From the human T2T-CHM13v2.0 reference genome, Homo sapiens: 64,000 nt of DNA. The stretch lies in the NCBI RefSeq assembly GCF_009914755.1, contig NC_060941.1, one strand, 5' to 3'. Both the position numbers and the translations under genes were made by a program. Below the pieces are notes generated by a model. It was not told where the DNA came from. It did not search any database and worked only from the letters and a program-made list of their open reading frames with translations. Positions 39,786 through 52,244 of the stretch are shown piece after piece. Position 1 is the first letter of the stretch; each line of letters starts with the position of its first letter.

Positions 39786-40568
39786 ATTTGTGTTAGCCAC
39801 ATTACCAGAAGGGGCCCTGATCCAGACACCCAAGAGAGGGTTCTTGGATCCTGCACAAGAAAATAATCTGGGGCGAGTCCATAAAGTGAAAGCAAGTTGA
39901 TTCAGAAAGTAAAGGAAAAAAGAATGCCCTTACCCAAATGCTGCCAGCAAGGGAACACCCTCTCTGGCTGCAGCCCCTCTGAATGGCTCATGTCATTGAG
40001 CCTTACTTTCTCATTACAAGTCCCACTGGCAGCATGAATGGGGGGTCTGGAGTCCCCTATATGTGACTGTCAGAGGTGTTTGAACAAGAGCAACTCCATC
40101 TTGAATGGGGGCTGGATAAACTGAGGCTGAGACCTACTGGCGCCAGTTATGGTTAAGGCATTGTAAGTCACAGGATGAGACAGGAGGTCAGCACAAGATA
40201 CAGGTTATAAAGACCTTGCTGATAAAACAGGTTGCAGTAAAGAAGCTGGCTAAAAGCCACCAAAACCAAGATGGCAATGAGAGTGACCTCTGGTCATCCT
40301 CATTGTTCATTATATGCTAATTATAATGCATTGGCATGATAAAAGACACCCCCACCAGCACCAAGACAGTTTACAGATGCCATGGCAACATCAGGAAGTT
40401 ACCCTATATGGTCTAGAAAGGGGAGGAACCCTCAGGTCAGGGGATTGCCCACCCCTTTCCTGGAAAACTGATGAATAATCCACCCCTTGTTTAGCATATA
40501 ATCAAGAAATAACCATAAAAATGGGCAACCAGCGGCACTCAGGGCTGCTCTGCCTATGGAGTAGCCAT
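39786..40568. repeat. TSD-flanked, part-inverted copy of 42772-43562 (MER41B plus unique flanks)
   Basis: TSD tctgatctctaggc at 39772-39785 and 40569-40582. 39785-39926 matches 42772-42913 (direct); 39926-40571 is the reverse complement of 42908-43562. Confidence 0.95.
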
Positions 40569-41046
40569 TCTGATCTCTAGGCCCAGACAAGCCCACTCTC
40601 CCCTCTGCCAGAACAAACTTCCCCTGGTCCCCACTTCCTGAGCATTTTCCCAACTGCCTCCTGCATTTTTCTTCTGCATCAGTCTCTCTCATTGGAAACA
40701 CTTTCATCTCCCCTTTGAGCTGGATTTGGGGCTTCCCCTGAGCCTCTGAGGTATTGTCTCTGTCACCAATTAGAATATAAAAGCTCAGCCATTTATCAAA
40801 GATACCCAGAAAGCAGTACCTGGACTGAAGTGCAGACAGGCATGTGTCTGCAAACCCAGATGCAGCCTCGCCTGGCGTGCACCGTTTCCACCCAACGTGG
40901 TCAGGAGGCTGGGAATGCATTTACAGACGGTCCCTGTAATCCCACAGGTGGGTGAGGGGATTTCCATTTTACATCTGAGGCTCAGGGAGGCAAGGGACTC
41001 CCTTAAGTCCTATGAGTGTGTGTATAAGTACAGCCAAAAAAAAACG

Positions 41047-41321
41047 GGCCGGGCACGGTGGCTCACGCCTGTAATCCCAGCACTTTGGGAGGCCAAGGCG
41101 GGTGGATCATGAGGTCAGGAGATCGAGACCATCCTGGCTAACATGGTGAAACCCCGTCTCTACTAAAAAATAGAACAAAAATTAGCCAGGCATGGTGGTG
41201 GGTGCCTGTAGTCCCAGCTGCTCAGGAGGCTGAGGCAGAAGTTGCAGTGAGCCAAGATCACGCCACTGCACTCCAGCCTGGGCGGCAGAGTGAGACTCCA
41301 TCTCAAAAAAAAAAAAAAAAA
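41047..41321 (+). mobile_element. AluSc/Y-like with an internal right-arm deletion
   Basis: 'gagatcgagaccatcctggctaac'; 'gaggctgaggcagaagttgcagtg' shows loss of the segment between the two gaggc motifs. Confidence 0.92.
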
Positions 41322-42312
41322 GAGGCAACGACTCAATTAAACAAGTTACTCTCTTGCCAATTCTGATCCACTTCCTCCTTCACCCCACACCACACCCAAT
41401 GTGCCCAAGACCAGCTGAGAACTCAAACATTCCTCTGGGTGTGTCAGGATCAATGAACACAGAAAGTCCAGGAACACATTCTAATGAAACACGGTGGCTC
41501 ACAGTGTTCCTACGTAAGCTTTAGGCTTATTTGCACATTTTTAGACAGTAAATAGGCTCAACTCTGAGACAATGAAATGCATCATTTGCCAGGAGGCGAC
41601 TCCATGTGATGGAAACTGCTAGAACTTGGCTGGACCCGGTTGCCACTTTCCCCCTTGGTGACTCGAGGCTGGGATCTTCAAATATTTTTTAAAGTTGTCC
41701 TATTTAAAAAGGAATTGATTTATTCTGAATTGTTCAAAGGTTGTGTTAGGACCAGAAGGCAGAAGAACAGGGAGAAACTTGGCTTTCTAACCCTTACTAA
41801 CAGTAATGGCACGCAATTACTGGCCTCGGAGAGCAATGTCTCAGACACGCAGGGCCCTCTTCCTCCTACCCTTAAGATTCCACCTTGGTCTACAGGTGAG
41901 AGCCTTCCAGGACCTCCTGTGTGACCCAGAGTGTGTGGGGAGAGTCCTCACTCCCTCCTAAACGAAGAGAATCAGGGCCTAGTTGGGAGATACCTGATCT
42001 CAACTGGGCCACATCCCAGCCTGATAAACAGATTCATGGCTGGGTCAGGCTAGCCTGGAGGCCACCACCCACCGCTCTCTACTCCTGGTGCCAGCTCTCC
42101 GTTCCATGCATGACGGGGTCTGCAAGGCAGGCAGTAACCCTTTGGGGAACCAATGGGTGAGGTGGTGAGTCCAGAGCCTGCCTGGTGGGCCCAGGTCTCC
42201 TCCGGGCAGACTCTAATGTCTCAGTTTGAGAGAGAAGTAGGTAGAAGACTCTGACTTTGGCCCTATGAGCATTTTCCACTCAAGCGTTTTCAGGAGACCC
42301 TGCCCATTAAAG

Positions 42313-42537
42313 CAGGGGTCTGCAAATGTTTTCATAAAGGTCTAGATAGTAAATACTTTGGGCTTTTTGCCCCAAACAGTCTCTGTTGCAACCACTCGAT
42401 GCCATTGTCATGCAAAAGCAGCCACAAACAATATGTAAATGAATGAGAGTGGCTGTGTTCTAATAAAGCTTTATTTATAAAAGCAGGCCACAGCAGGGCT
42501 GGATTTGACCTGTGGGCCAGAGTTTGCCAATCTGCTT
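42313..42537 (+). mobile_element. MER58A
   Basis: 'caggggtctgcaaa...gatagtaaatacttt...ggctgtgttctaataaagctttattta...gtttgcc'. Confidence 0.88.
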
Positions 42538-42649
42538 GAGAGTTACTGGGCCTCCAAGACTCTGACACGCATTTGGCTCCATGAGTTCAGAGGGCAAGGT
42601 GGGTGAAAGATCGATGCTCCCATTTGTCAATTGGAACCTTGGGGGTCAC

Positions 42650-42786
42650 CCATTAACCTGGTAGATCTTCCAAAAGCACCCTGGGGTCCATGCTGTCATC
42701 ATCCCCATTTTACAGATGAGAAAGTAGAGACTCAGGCTCAGGACCTTGCCCTGGATTCATATTGGTGGTGACATTTGTGTTAGCCA
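42650..42786 (-). mobile_element. MIR fragment
   Basis: 'atcatccccattttacagatgagaaagt'. Confidence 0.65.
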
Positions 42787-43420
42787 CATTACCAGAAGGG
42801 GCCCTGATCCAGACCCCCAAGAGGGGGTTCTTGGATCCTGCACAACCAGATAATTTGGGGCGAGTCCATAAAGTGAAAGCAAGTTGATTCAGAAAGTAAA
42901 GGAATAAAGAATGGCTACTCCATAGGCAGAGCAGCCCTGAGTGCCGCTGGTTGCCCATTTTTATGGTTATTTCTTGATTATATGCTAAACAAGGGGTAGA
43001 TTATTCATCAGTTTTCGGGGAAAGGGGTGGGCAATCCCCTGACCTGAGGGTTCCTCCCCTTTCTAGACCATATAGGGTAACTTCCTGATGTTGCCATGGC
43101 ATCCGTAAACTGTCAAGGTGCTGGTGGGAGTGTCTTTTAGCATGCTAATGCATTATAATTAGCATATAATGAACAATGAGGATGACCAGAGGTCACTCTC
43201 ATTGCCATCTTGGTTTTGGTGGGTTCTAGCCAGCTTCTTTACTGCAACCTGTTTTATCAGCAAGGTCTTTATAACCTGTATCTTGTGCTGACCTCCTGTC
43301 TCATCCTGTGACTTAGAATGCCTTAACCCTGACTGGGGAATGCAGCCCCAGTAGGTCTCAGCCTCATTTTATCCAGCCCCCATTCAAGATGGAGTTGCTC
43401 TTGTTCAAACACCTCTGACA
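42787..43420 (-). mobile_element. MER41B ERV1 solo LTR (634 bp)
   Basis: The reverse strand reads tgtcagaggtgtttgaacaagagcaactccatcttgaat...ggggcccttctggtaa; 4-bp TSD gcca at 42783-42786 and 43421-43424. Confidence 0.92.
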
Positions 43421-44179
43421 GCCACATAGAGGGGACTCCAGACCCCCCATTCATGCTGCCAGTGGGACTTGTAATGAGAAAGTAAGGCTCAATGACATGA
43501 GCCATTCAGAGGGTCTGCAGCCAGAGAGGGTGTCCCCTTGCTGGCAGCATTTGGGTGAGGGCTGCCTAGCTGGGCGTGGGGGCCTGATTCCCTCCGAGGC
43601 TTCCTCCAGCTCTCTGCAGGTGACACCAGGCTCTTTATAAATAGCAGGGCCTGCTTTCACCAGGACTTGCTGGTCTGCTGCTTTGTAAACAGGCTTTCTT
43701 CTATTTGTGCTCTCTTCTGAGCATCGTTCTATACTCCTTGAGGTTAGGGACACCTTGGTAGTGACCACACCCTGCCCCACACAGCCTGGACAGATCTCTG
43801 TTCACTGGGGGCCTGGCTGACCAGTGATGGAAGGTGAGTACGGGAGCACCGTCACCCAGAGTTCACTAAACCTTGGGAGTGGACGACCTGAGAGCCCCAA
43901 GGTGGCCTTGGTCTCTGCCCATCATGCCTGATAGAGAGCACCTACCTCCAGGAATGGAAGCAGTGAGGGAGGCTTTGTGTTTTTCAAAAGAATAAAGTGC
44001 AAATTGGTGGTCTGACTCCAATGCCAAACACCGTGCCCAACAGGAGATCCCTGCGCAGCCTGCCAGCGCTGACAAGGAGGAAACAGTAACAAATGCCATC
44101 TCCACGAAAATCACATCGCAGCATTCGCAGGCAAGAGTGGGGGCCTGGGCCACACACTGGCTGCTGTGTTTCCCTGCAA

Positions 44180-44335
44180 GTTTCCAAGTCACTGACCACT
44201 AGGGATCCCTGCCACTTTACAGATGTGGAAACTGATGCTCTATCAATGTCATCAGTGCGAACATCTACCCAGCGCTTGGATCTCCTTAGCAGGATTGCAA
44301 ACCTAGAGTTAGTTCTAGAATCACTTGAGGGGCCG
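44180..44335 (-). mobile_element. MIR fragment
   Basis: 'cactttacagatgtggaaactgatgct'. Confidence 0.55.
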
Positions 44336-44343
44336 GGGTTCTG

Positions 44344-44484
44344 TTTTATTTTATTATATTTTATATTTTGATTTTTATAGACAAGGGGTCTCACCTTGTT
44401 TCCCAGGCTGGTATTGAACTCTGGGTCTCAAACAATCATTCTACCTTAGCCTCTCAAAGTTCTGGGCTTACAGGCGTGAGCCAG
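44344..44484 (-). mobile_element. FLAM
   Basis: Single antisense Alu monomer; TSD gggttctgt. Confidence 0.85.
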
Positions 44485-45854
44485 GGTTCTGTCTGACTTA
44501 TTCACGGCTCTCTCCAGAGGGCATTGCCCAGCACTGACACACAGTAGGTGCTCAAAAAACATGCATCTCAGGAATAGGTGGCAACTGGGGACTGAGAGGG
44601 GAGAGTTGGCTGAATCCCACAGCCCAGCACTCGGCCCCTCTTCCCTCCTGCACCCCCAGCCAGGTACAGAGTTACATCTGCTCAGCATCCAGACACCAGA
44701 GATGCTCTGGCGAGATGGACGCGTGCTTTGTGAATTAGCGATCTGCCTCCTACAAGACAATAAAAAGGACTAATTAATTTAAAGCCAACATAAGGCAGCA
44801 GCGAGGTGAGCATTACTTGTGTACAAGCCTGTATGGGTCCAGCATTTTCCGATGAAAACAAGATCCACCCAGCGGGAGCTTCTGCTGGGCCAGACCAACT
44901 CCAGGTAGCTCCCTGCTGGGCAGTGGCTGGTGCCAAAACAGGGCACACGGCTGGAGCAGGTCTCCCTGTATGGGGTTATCTGCCAGAGCACAGAGCTGCA
45001 GAACCGGCCAGCAGCAGGCCAAGGCCTCGGTGACAAGCTGCCCCCAGCAGCTCCTGCCTCCAGCCTCCAGGCCCGGCGGAGTCAGCTGCCGCACCTGGTA
45101 CTTCATTTACAGATGGAAGCTGGCATCTCTCAGAGGTCTTCAGCCTCTGGAAACAGGCCCAGGGGACTGACCGACCCTCAGCATTTGATGTTGGCAACAT
45201 CTTGGCTTCCACTAAAACCTCGAGTCTGCAGAGGGAAACGGACTTCGCATGGGGCTGGGGTCAAGTCTTGACTTAGCCACACCTTCCCAGCTGCCCCTGG
45301 GCAAGTTATTCAGCCTCCAAGTCACAGTGTCCTCCTCTACAAAAGAGACGATATATGTAAAGCTCTAAGAAAACTGCCAGGCCAATAGCAATTAAGCAAG
45401 GAAGCCGGCCTGCTGATATTCTCAGGGATGAATTCTCCAGTCTCAACACCATCGGCCAGGGAAGAGAAATGGCTATTATAAAGCAAGAAGAAACCCCAGT
45501 TTCTGTTCAGCCTGGCAGAGGGGCCAGGTCCTGTCTCCTTTCTTTGCACCTCTGACTCCACTGATCCCTCCAGCCTGGCACCAGCTAAAGGCTCAGGAGA
45601 AAATTCAATCTGCTCAGAGAAATTTCTGCACCACTACTTGCTTTTCTTTTCAAGGGCATCGTTCCAGGTGGATTGGATCCAGGACATCTCCCCCTGCCTA
45701 TGTAGAGAGTGGCCTGACCTGAGGTCACAGCCCTCCTGGGCAGCCCTGCATCTCATGACTGAGCCAGGTCATGGGGGGCTAAAGGCTTGGCTGTTTGGGC
45801 CCAACTTCTACCTCTGTCTAATCCTGTATCCTCCCCCTCCCTATACAAAGTTGA

Positions 45855-46190
<336 letters not shown>

Positions 46191-46530
46191 TGTTTCTATC
46201 TGCAGAACCCAACCAAGGACAGCCACCTCCTCCCAGCACAGGCGCCCACTGCGCTGCTCTCCCAGCCCCACCCTCTGTGGGAACGCCCCACGCAGGACCC
46301 TCTCATCTTCACTCTTTCTACCCCTGACACCCCTCAGCTCAGCTCAAATCTTACCTGAAGGCATCTCTCTCTTCTTCTCCCTTTTCCCTTCCAAACATCT
46401 TAATTTCCTGCTGCTGGCTGTATGAGGAATTGTTTACCACCATAAACCACAATACAATTCCATAAATACGTTATTTATCCCTCCTGTTATTATTCCCCAT
46501 TATTTATTTCTGAAACTCTATTATTAAATC

Positions 46531-46594
46531 TGTAAAGTGTTCGGTGATACACTGGCAATGAAAGACACTATATAAAGGCGAGTTTATTATTATT
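46531..46594 (+). mobile_element. Probable ancient SINE 3' tail (AmnSINE/LF-SINE-like)
   Basis: 'tgtaaagtgttcggtgatac...atgaaagacactatataaaggcgagtttattattatt' resembles the tail 'tgtaaagcgctttgggatcc...atgaaaggcgctatataaatgtaag(tta)n' as I recall it. Confidence 0.5.
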
Positions 46595-47244
46595 TTTACT
46601 CCGTGATTAAAACAAGGAAGAAAAATGAACCATATTAAATCAAACTGGATTTCCTTTTGCCCGCAGGGGCCCCTGCTTTGAGGTGAAGGACGGACCCCCA
46701 GGGCCTGGGCTGGGTGAACGCTCTCTCCTCCACACTGGCTGCTCTCCCAGCTTCTTTCTCGGCTGCTGTTGGTGACACTAGGGAGAACTGCAGATTTGAA
46801 GGAGGCTCCATCGCCGGGCGGAGTTTGTTCCGGGCAAAGCAAAAACGATTCCGTTTGCAATCTTACTTTTTGCCATCAGTCACTGCCAGTGACATGAAAA
46901 GGTAATAGAAGTACCCAGGAATCCTGCATTTTATTTCCACTCAGCAGCATTTCTCTTGCAGGGGAAACATAAATTCAGCCGATTTTTGTGCAGATTTTGC
47001 AAAATTAGTCTCTTTCCATCTAGCTCTGTGTATATATATATACACACTCCATGCAGGGGCGGAGGGGTGGTTCTGCCCTGTGATAAGAGAGAATCTCACA
47101 TAGAAAAACTCATCCAGGGAGAGATGGAAGGAGGGCAGGAACAGGAGGCCCAGAGGAGAGACGCCGGGTCAGCGCACAGGTGGGAGGATTAGGGGCAAGG
47201 GCGGGGAGGCTCTCTGCATCACCTGGCAAAGCCCTGGCCTTTAG

Positions 47245-47577
47245 TGCAATGGTTCCCTGGACCAGCAGCATCAGCGTCACCCGGGAAGCTATTAGAAATG
47301 CAGATTCTCAGGTCCCACTTCAGGCCTGCTGAATCGGAAATTCTAGAGGTACAACCTAGCGATCTGTGTTAACAAGCTCGAGAGGTGATTCTGATGCCAG
47401 AGTTGGAGAATTGCTGCTTAACTACCTTGCAACTCAAAGGGAGAGGAGGCAGCATCACCCGGGAGCTTCTTAGAAGCGCAGAATCTTCAGCTTTCTCAAG
47501 ACCTGCTGAATCTGAATCAGCAGTTCCACGAGGGTCCCAGGTGCTTCCCTCACCCATTAACGTTTAAGGAGCATGGC
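47245..47577. mobile_element. Tandem MER5A (47245-47417) and MER5A/B (47425-47577)
   Basis: 'ggaccagcagcatcagcgtcacccgggaagctattagaaatgcagattctcagg' and 'agcatcacccgggagcttcttagaagcgcagaatc'. Confidence 0.8.
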
Positions 47578-48154
47578 TTTGGTGTTTTGGGCGCTGGGTT
47601 CAGGCCTGGCAGGGCAGGGGTTAGGAAAGAGCTTTTGAGGGTGGGAGCTATGGACTGGAGCTCTGGGGTGACAGAGCAATGAGTGGGACATTTAGGGATA
47701 AAGGAGCTGGGGCCGTTGGAGCTGAGTACCCAGAGGCTAATGAGAAAGGCCCAAACAATCGAATCCAACTCCAACTTTTCGCATGTCAGAGTTAAAGGCA
47801 AAAATCATCTCAATGGGCTGAACCTGAGACGTCTGAGTCCTTAGGAGCCAAACTGACATCCTGTCATTGTTGTTAAATCTTTATGACATGCTCACCAAAG
47901 AGGAAGCACAGTTGAGCACGCGATGGAATGATCGTGTGACGGCCTTCAGATACTTTTATGTACTGTGGGGTGTCACAAAACCAAGCGTACTCGCTGCCAA
48001 GTTGGGATTTGTTGCTATGGAAACCGTTGGACTGAGCATGGAGAGACTGAAGTTTCGGACCTCAATCCCCACGCTGGCCCACTGTGTTGCTCGAGCCAAG
48101 TCACCCCACATTTCCATAGCCGGCTCCCACTTTTTAAATGTCTGTTCTGTCCCA

Positions 48155-48350
48155 GGCACAGTCATTTTTTTGTGGCAAGAATATTGAAGATCTACTCTCT
48201 CAGCAATTTTCAACAACTTTCAAGTATGGCACACACTCTTACTAACTCTAGCCACCATGCTGCATGCTAGGTCCCCAGAACTCATTCATCCTAATGAAAA
48301 TCTTGAACTCCCCCGGCCCCTGGCAATCACCATGCTACTGTCCACCTCTA
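48155..48350 (-). mobile_element. L1MA 3' fragment
   Basis: 'aagatctactctctcagcaattttcaa...caccatgctg...ccagaactcattcatcct'. Confidence 0.8.
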
Positions 48351-48504
48351 CAAGGAGGCCTGGGACGTTTTACAACTCATTGTTATCTCTGACAATGCAT
48401 TTCATCGTCATTAACAATGCATCGCTTAATCATTACTCTATTCTGCCTCAGTTTGCCCAGAAAGAATAATGTCCCCCTTGGTTTTCCTTCCCATGTGATC
48501 CACA

Positions 48505-48822
48505 GTTTGTTTTTTATTTTTTTATTATTTCTTTCTTTATTTTTAGATGGAGTCTTGCTCTATCGCCCAGCCTGGAGGACAGTGGTGTGATAGCTCACTG
48601 CAACCTCTGCCTCTCAGGTTCAAGCAATTCTCCTGCCTCAGCCTCCTGAGTAGCGGGGATTATAGATGCGCACCACCACGCCCAGCTATTTTTTGTATTT
48701 TTAGTAGAGACGGGGTTTCACCACGTTGACCAGGCTGGTCTCAAACTCTTGACCTCAGGCGATCCACCCGCCTCAGCCTCCCAAAGTGCTGGGATAACAG
48801 GCATAAGCCATCGTGCCCGGCC
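48505..48822 (-). mobile_element. AluS
   Basis: Full-length antisense Alu. Confidence 0.95.
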
Positions 48823-49739
48823 TCGTTTGTTTATCTTAAAAGAAGAGCTGATCTTTGCACCTATACCCTTGCTCATAAACTCCAAACGCTTAGCAGTTCA
48901 GGCCAGCATGGATTCAGCGCTCTACAGATGCGATCTTTCGTCACTCAGAACAGCCCTCTACCTTCTGCCCGGCTCGCTCCCCTCTACTGGTGGCCACCCA
49001 CATGTGGCGTGTTCACTTGCCCCTTCCACAGAACCATGTCCACCTTGGAGTGTGGTCAGCCTGAAACCATGAGGGCCATGCTCAGGGGAGGTCACCACTG
49101 AGCAGTTCAGGGGAGGCTCTGGACTTTGGGACCCCTCGAGCAGCTTCCTAGGAGGACGCTGAGTGGATCCTCATTCTCACTGTGAGCTGGAGTCAAAGCA
49201 GACCAGGAAAGAGTGGATCTGAGCAGACCACCTCTACAAGCCTGATCAGAGCACAGATGGACACTTCTTGGAAAGACCCACAACTCCCCAGTGAGTGGCA
49301 GCCACTTCTGCACCCTCCACCCCGAGGAAGGAAAAGAGCAGCTGCTGTTCCTGGGGACCAGCCTCGGGCCAGAACCTGCACAGTGCTTTAGAGGTGTCCC
49401 CCACCCCACTGGGTCCTGAGTGTACACCCCTCCCTGAAGCCTCTCCTTGCCTATCCTGGTCTCTGCTGGAGTCGCAGGATCTAATGGATGGAAGGCCTCT
49501 TACAGACCACATGGTCTCATTTCACAAAGGAGCAGCTTGACTTGCTGGTGCTCAGAGCTGGCTCACACCACACCTGGGATTAAAACTCAGGCCGTGGGAC
49601 TTGCTGTTGAGGAATTGTGTCCAAACCAACCACAGGGAGAGGAAGGAGTCAAATGCCCCCAGGGAGGCCCTGCTGAGGCACCAGCCACCTGGAGAACTAG
49701 CACTTGATGGGGAGAGGCAAGCATGCCTTTGTGCACTCA

Positions 49740-49870
49740 TTGATTTGTTTATTCATCCACCTGTTTGCTCGCTTGTTCATTTATTCAACAGCTATTTGTG
49801 TCCTGCCATGTGCCAAACACCACTAGGCATGGAAGATATAGTTTGGACCCTAGAAGGGTTAACAGGTGAA
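49740..49870 (-). mobile_element. L2 3' end
   Basis: 'ttcatttattcaacagctatttg...atgtgccaaacac'. Confidence 0.65.
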
Positions 49871-52244
49871 ATGGTCTGCCCTATGCTCAGCCTGATTGAC
49901 TGCAAGCAAAGCCTGAGGAAGTCAGGATTGCCTGGGGAAAGACCCGATAGGCCCCCAAATGTTTGCTGAATGAATGCATGGCAAAAGAGAAGCTGCTGCA
50001 AGCATAGGGACCTGTAAATTCTGGGAGGGGGCTTGCTTGATGGGTAAATAGGTGCCCTGAGGTTTGTGCCCTAAATGACCAGCAGTGTGGTCGATCTCTT
50101 TAGACGTCTACCCTTTTTGAAAATGGACTTTAATTTCCAAGTATTTGGGCCTCTTGACACCTGAGTCCTTTCCCATGAACTCATCCCCCTGGGGAGCCTG
50201 GCTGGATCTGTCACCCATCTCATGCTGCAATTCCCCTGCACAACTCTGGATTCATGCAGGAGGTCATTTATTTCTTCCCTGGAAACATCTGTCATCAGCG
50301 TTAGTGATGAGTTATGAGGCTGGAGAGCCCTCAGTTTCTCTCAGGACGTATTTCAACCTGGACAGCTCCTGAACAGTTCTCCCTGCAGCTGCTATGATAT
50401 TTCTCAGCCCCAATTTGCCCTCTTGGCTCTGCCAGGAGGTACAGGGTGCTGGGAATGAAACCCTAGGAAAGAGAGTTCTTCCTTGAGTCCAGTCCAACGA
50501 GCCTGTCTTTGCACAGGCACCTGAGAAACAAAGTGGTCAGCCTTGTAATTAATGTTTCTGGCCTCTGACGAACCCTTTCCTCTTGGAACTGGGGCCTTGC
50601 TGGTAACCAGAGAGGTACTGGGCCTACCCTTCTCTGCTGCTCTGGGAGGGAACTGTCTCTCCCACCTGGGCCTCTTTGGGTAAGAAGCAAGGGAAAAGGC
50701 AAATCTCAACCCTGAAGACTTTATGGAGGAAGTTGCCTTTGCCTCTGAGTCTGCTGTCTTCCATCCACCTCTAAGCCATTGCTGTCTCCTTTGTCCCTAC
50801 CTACTTCTTCTCCACCCTCTTCACACACCGTCACTTATTAACTCCAACCTGCAAAAATAGCCAAATGATTTCCAAGCCCTGAAAGAGGCAGATAGATAAT
50901 GACAGAGCGAGTTGGTACGGCGGTAACAAATTGTCCGTATTATAGCACTTTACATCTTGATATCCATTCTCCTCAACGGGCTTATCTGTAAACTGACTGA
51001 ATTCACACTGGGATGCTAAGAAAATAGCTGTCATATAATAGATGGGGTCTCCCAGAAAATGAACATTTACAAATGGCTGTAGCATTTACTTAAAATGTCA
51101 TGCCAATTGCTTGCTGTTGTCTTTATGCAATGAGATTGATTTTACTGCTCCTTGGAGTCCTCAGCCTTGATGGGTAGTTTTTAATGCAGCAGTGAGATGC
51201 TTTTGCATTTAATTTATAAATACAGCATGCCAAGCCATGCGCTCTTTAAGGTGCAGCCTTGAGAACTGTCCAACCCTCTTTTGCTGGGATCCTCCTCTCC
51301 TCTCCTCTCTTCTCTCCTCCTCTTCCTCCCTAGAGGATAAGTTGGACCTGGGCAGGGTCTGAGTTGATCCTATTCATGTATTCAAATGTATGCAGATGTA
51401 TGCATTTTGTTTAACAAGTTAATTCATTTGCGAGGCCAGGCAGTTGGGGGTTTTCACAGTGTAATACCCACACTCCATTCTCCCTTCCACACCAGATTAT
51501 GCCCTGGAGTTTTACTTGCAGAATTTCTGGAGTTGGAGCCTAATATAGGCTGGGGGGAGGGGCTGCTTGCCTGTTGGAGAAGATGGCTGCAGGGTCTCCC
51601 CAGGATAAGATCAAGGGCTCTGTCCAGCCTCCCGGTTATTCTAGAAGCCCTGGGAAGTCCAGTGCACCTGGAGAAGTGTGCCTCCTTGAGACCACAAAAC
51701 ATGACCACTCGTTTCTCCCTTATCTGCTGAAAAGCTACTTACAACTATCCTTTGACTGGCAGCCCCAGATGGGGAAACAGAACTCCCTGCCACCCCCAGA
51801 CCCAATGCCCTGTGTTCCCTGTGGTGTTTTGCATCCTCTTCCTTGAGGAGGTAAAATGAAAGAGCTGAGGGAGGAAGGGACGGATGAGCTGCCAAGGCTA
51901 GATGGAATGGCCCGTTGCTTCTCCCTCCTGTCTGCCCTGGGAAGATTTCCCACAGCATCTAGGAGCCTTGATAGAGCCCTTTCCATCTCTAGAAGCCTGG
52001 CTGTGCCTATGAGGGAATGGCATTTTCATTCAAGGCATTCTCGGTGTGCAGATCTGGATAGGAGCTGGAATTCCTTTGGATGCGGGTGTGTCCTTCAGCC
52101 GAGGAGCAGCTGATGATAAGCATCGGCTGCTTATCATCATTATTGATACTAATGATGCCTCACCTGGGTCCCACTCTGCAGGACGGCTCGCACATCCATT
52201 ATGCCACCAGATCCTAGGAAGCAGAGGCATTGGCATTCTCTCTA

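Noticed and set aside
40069-43420. Two MER41 LTRs as the ends of a provirus
   Set aside because: They are inverted, no gag/pol/env lies between them, and the left copy includes the donor's unique flanks and a 14-bp TSD.
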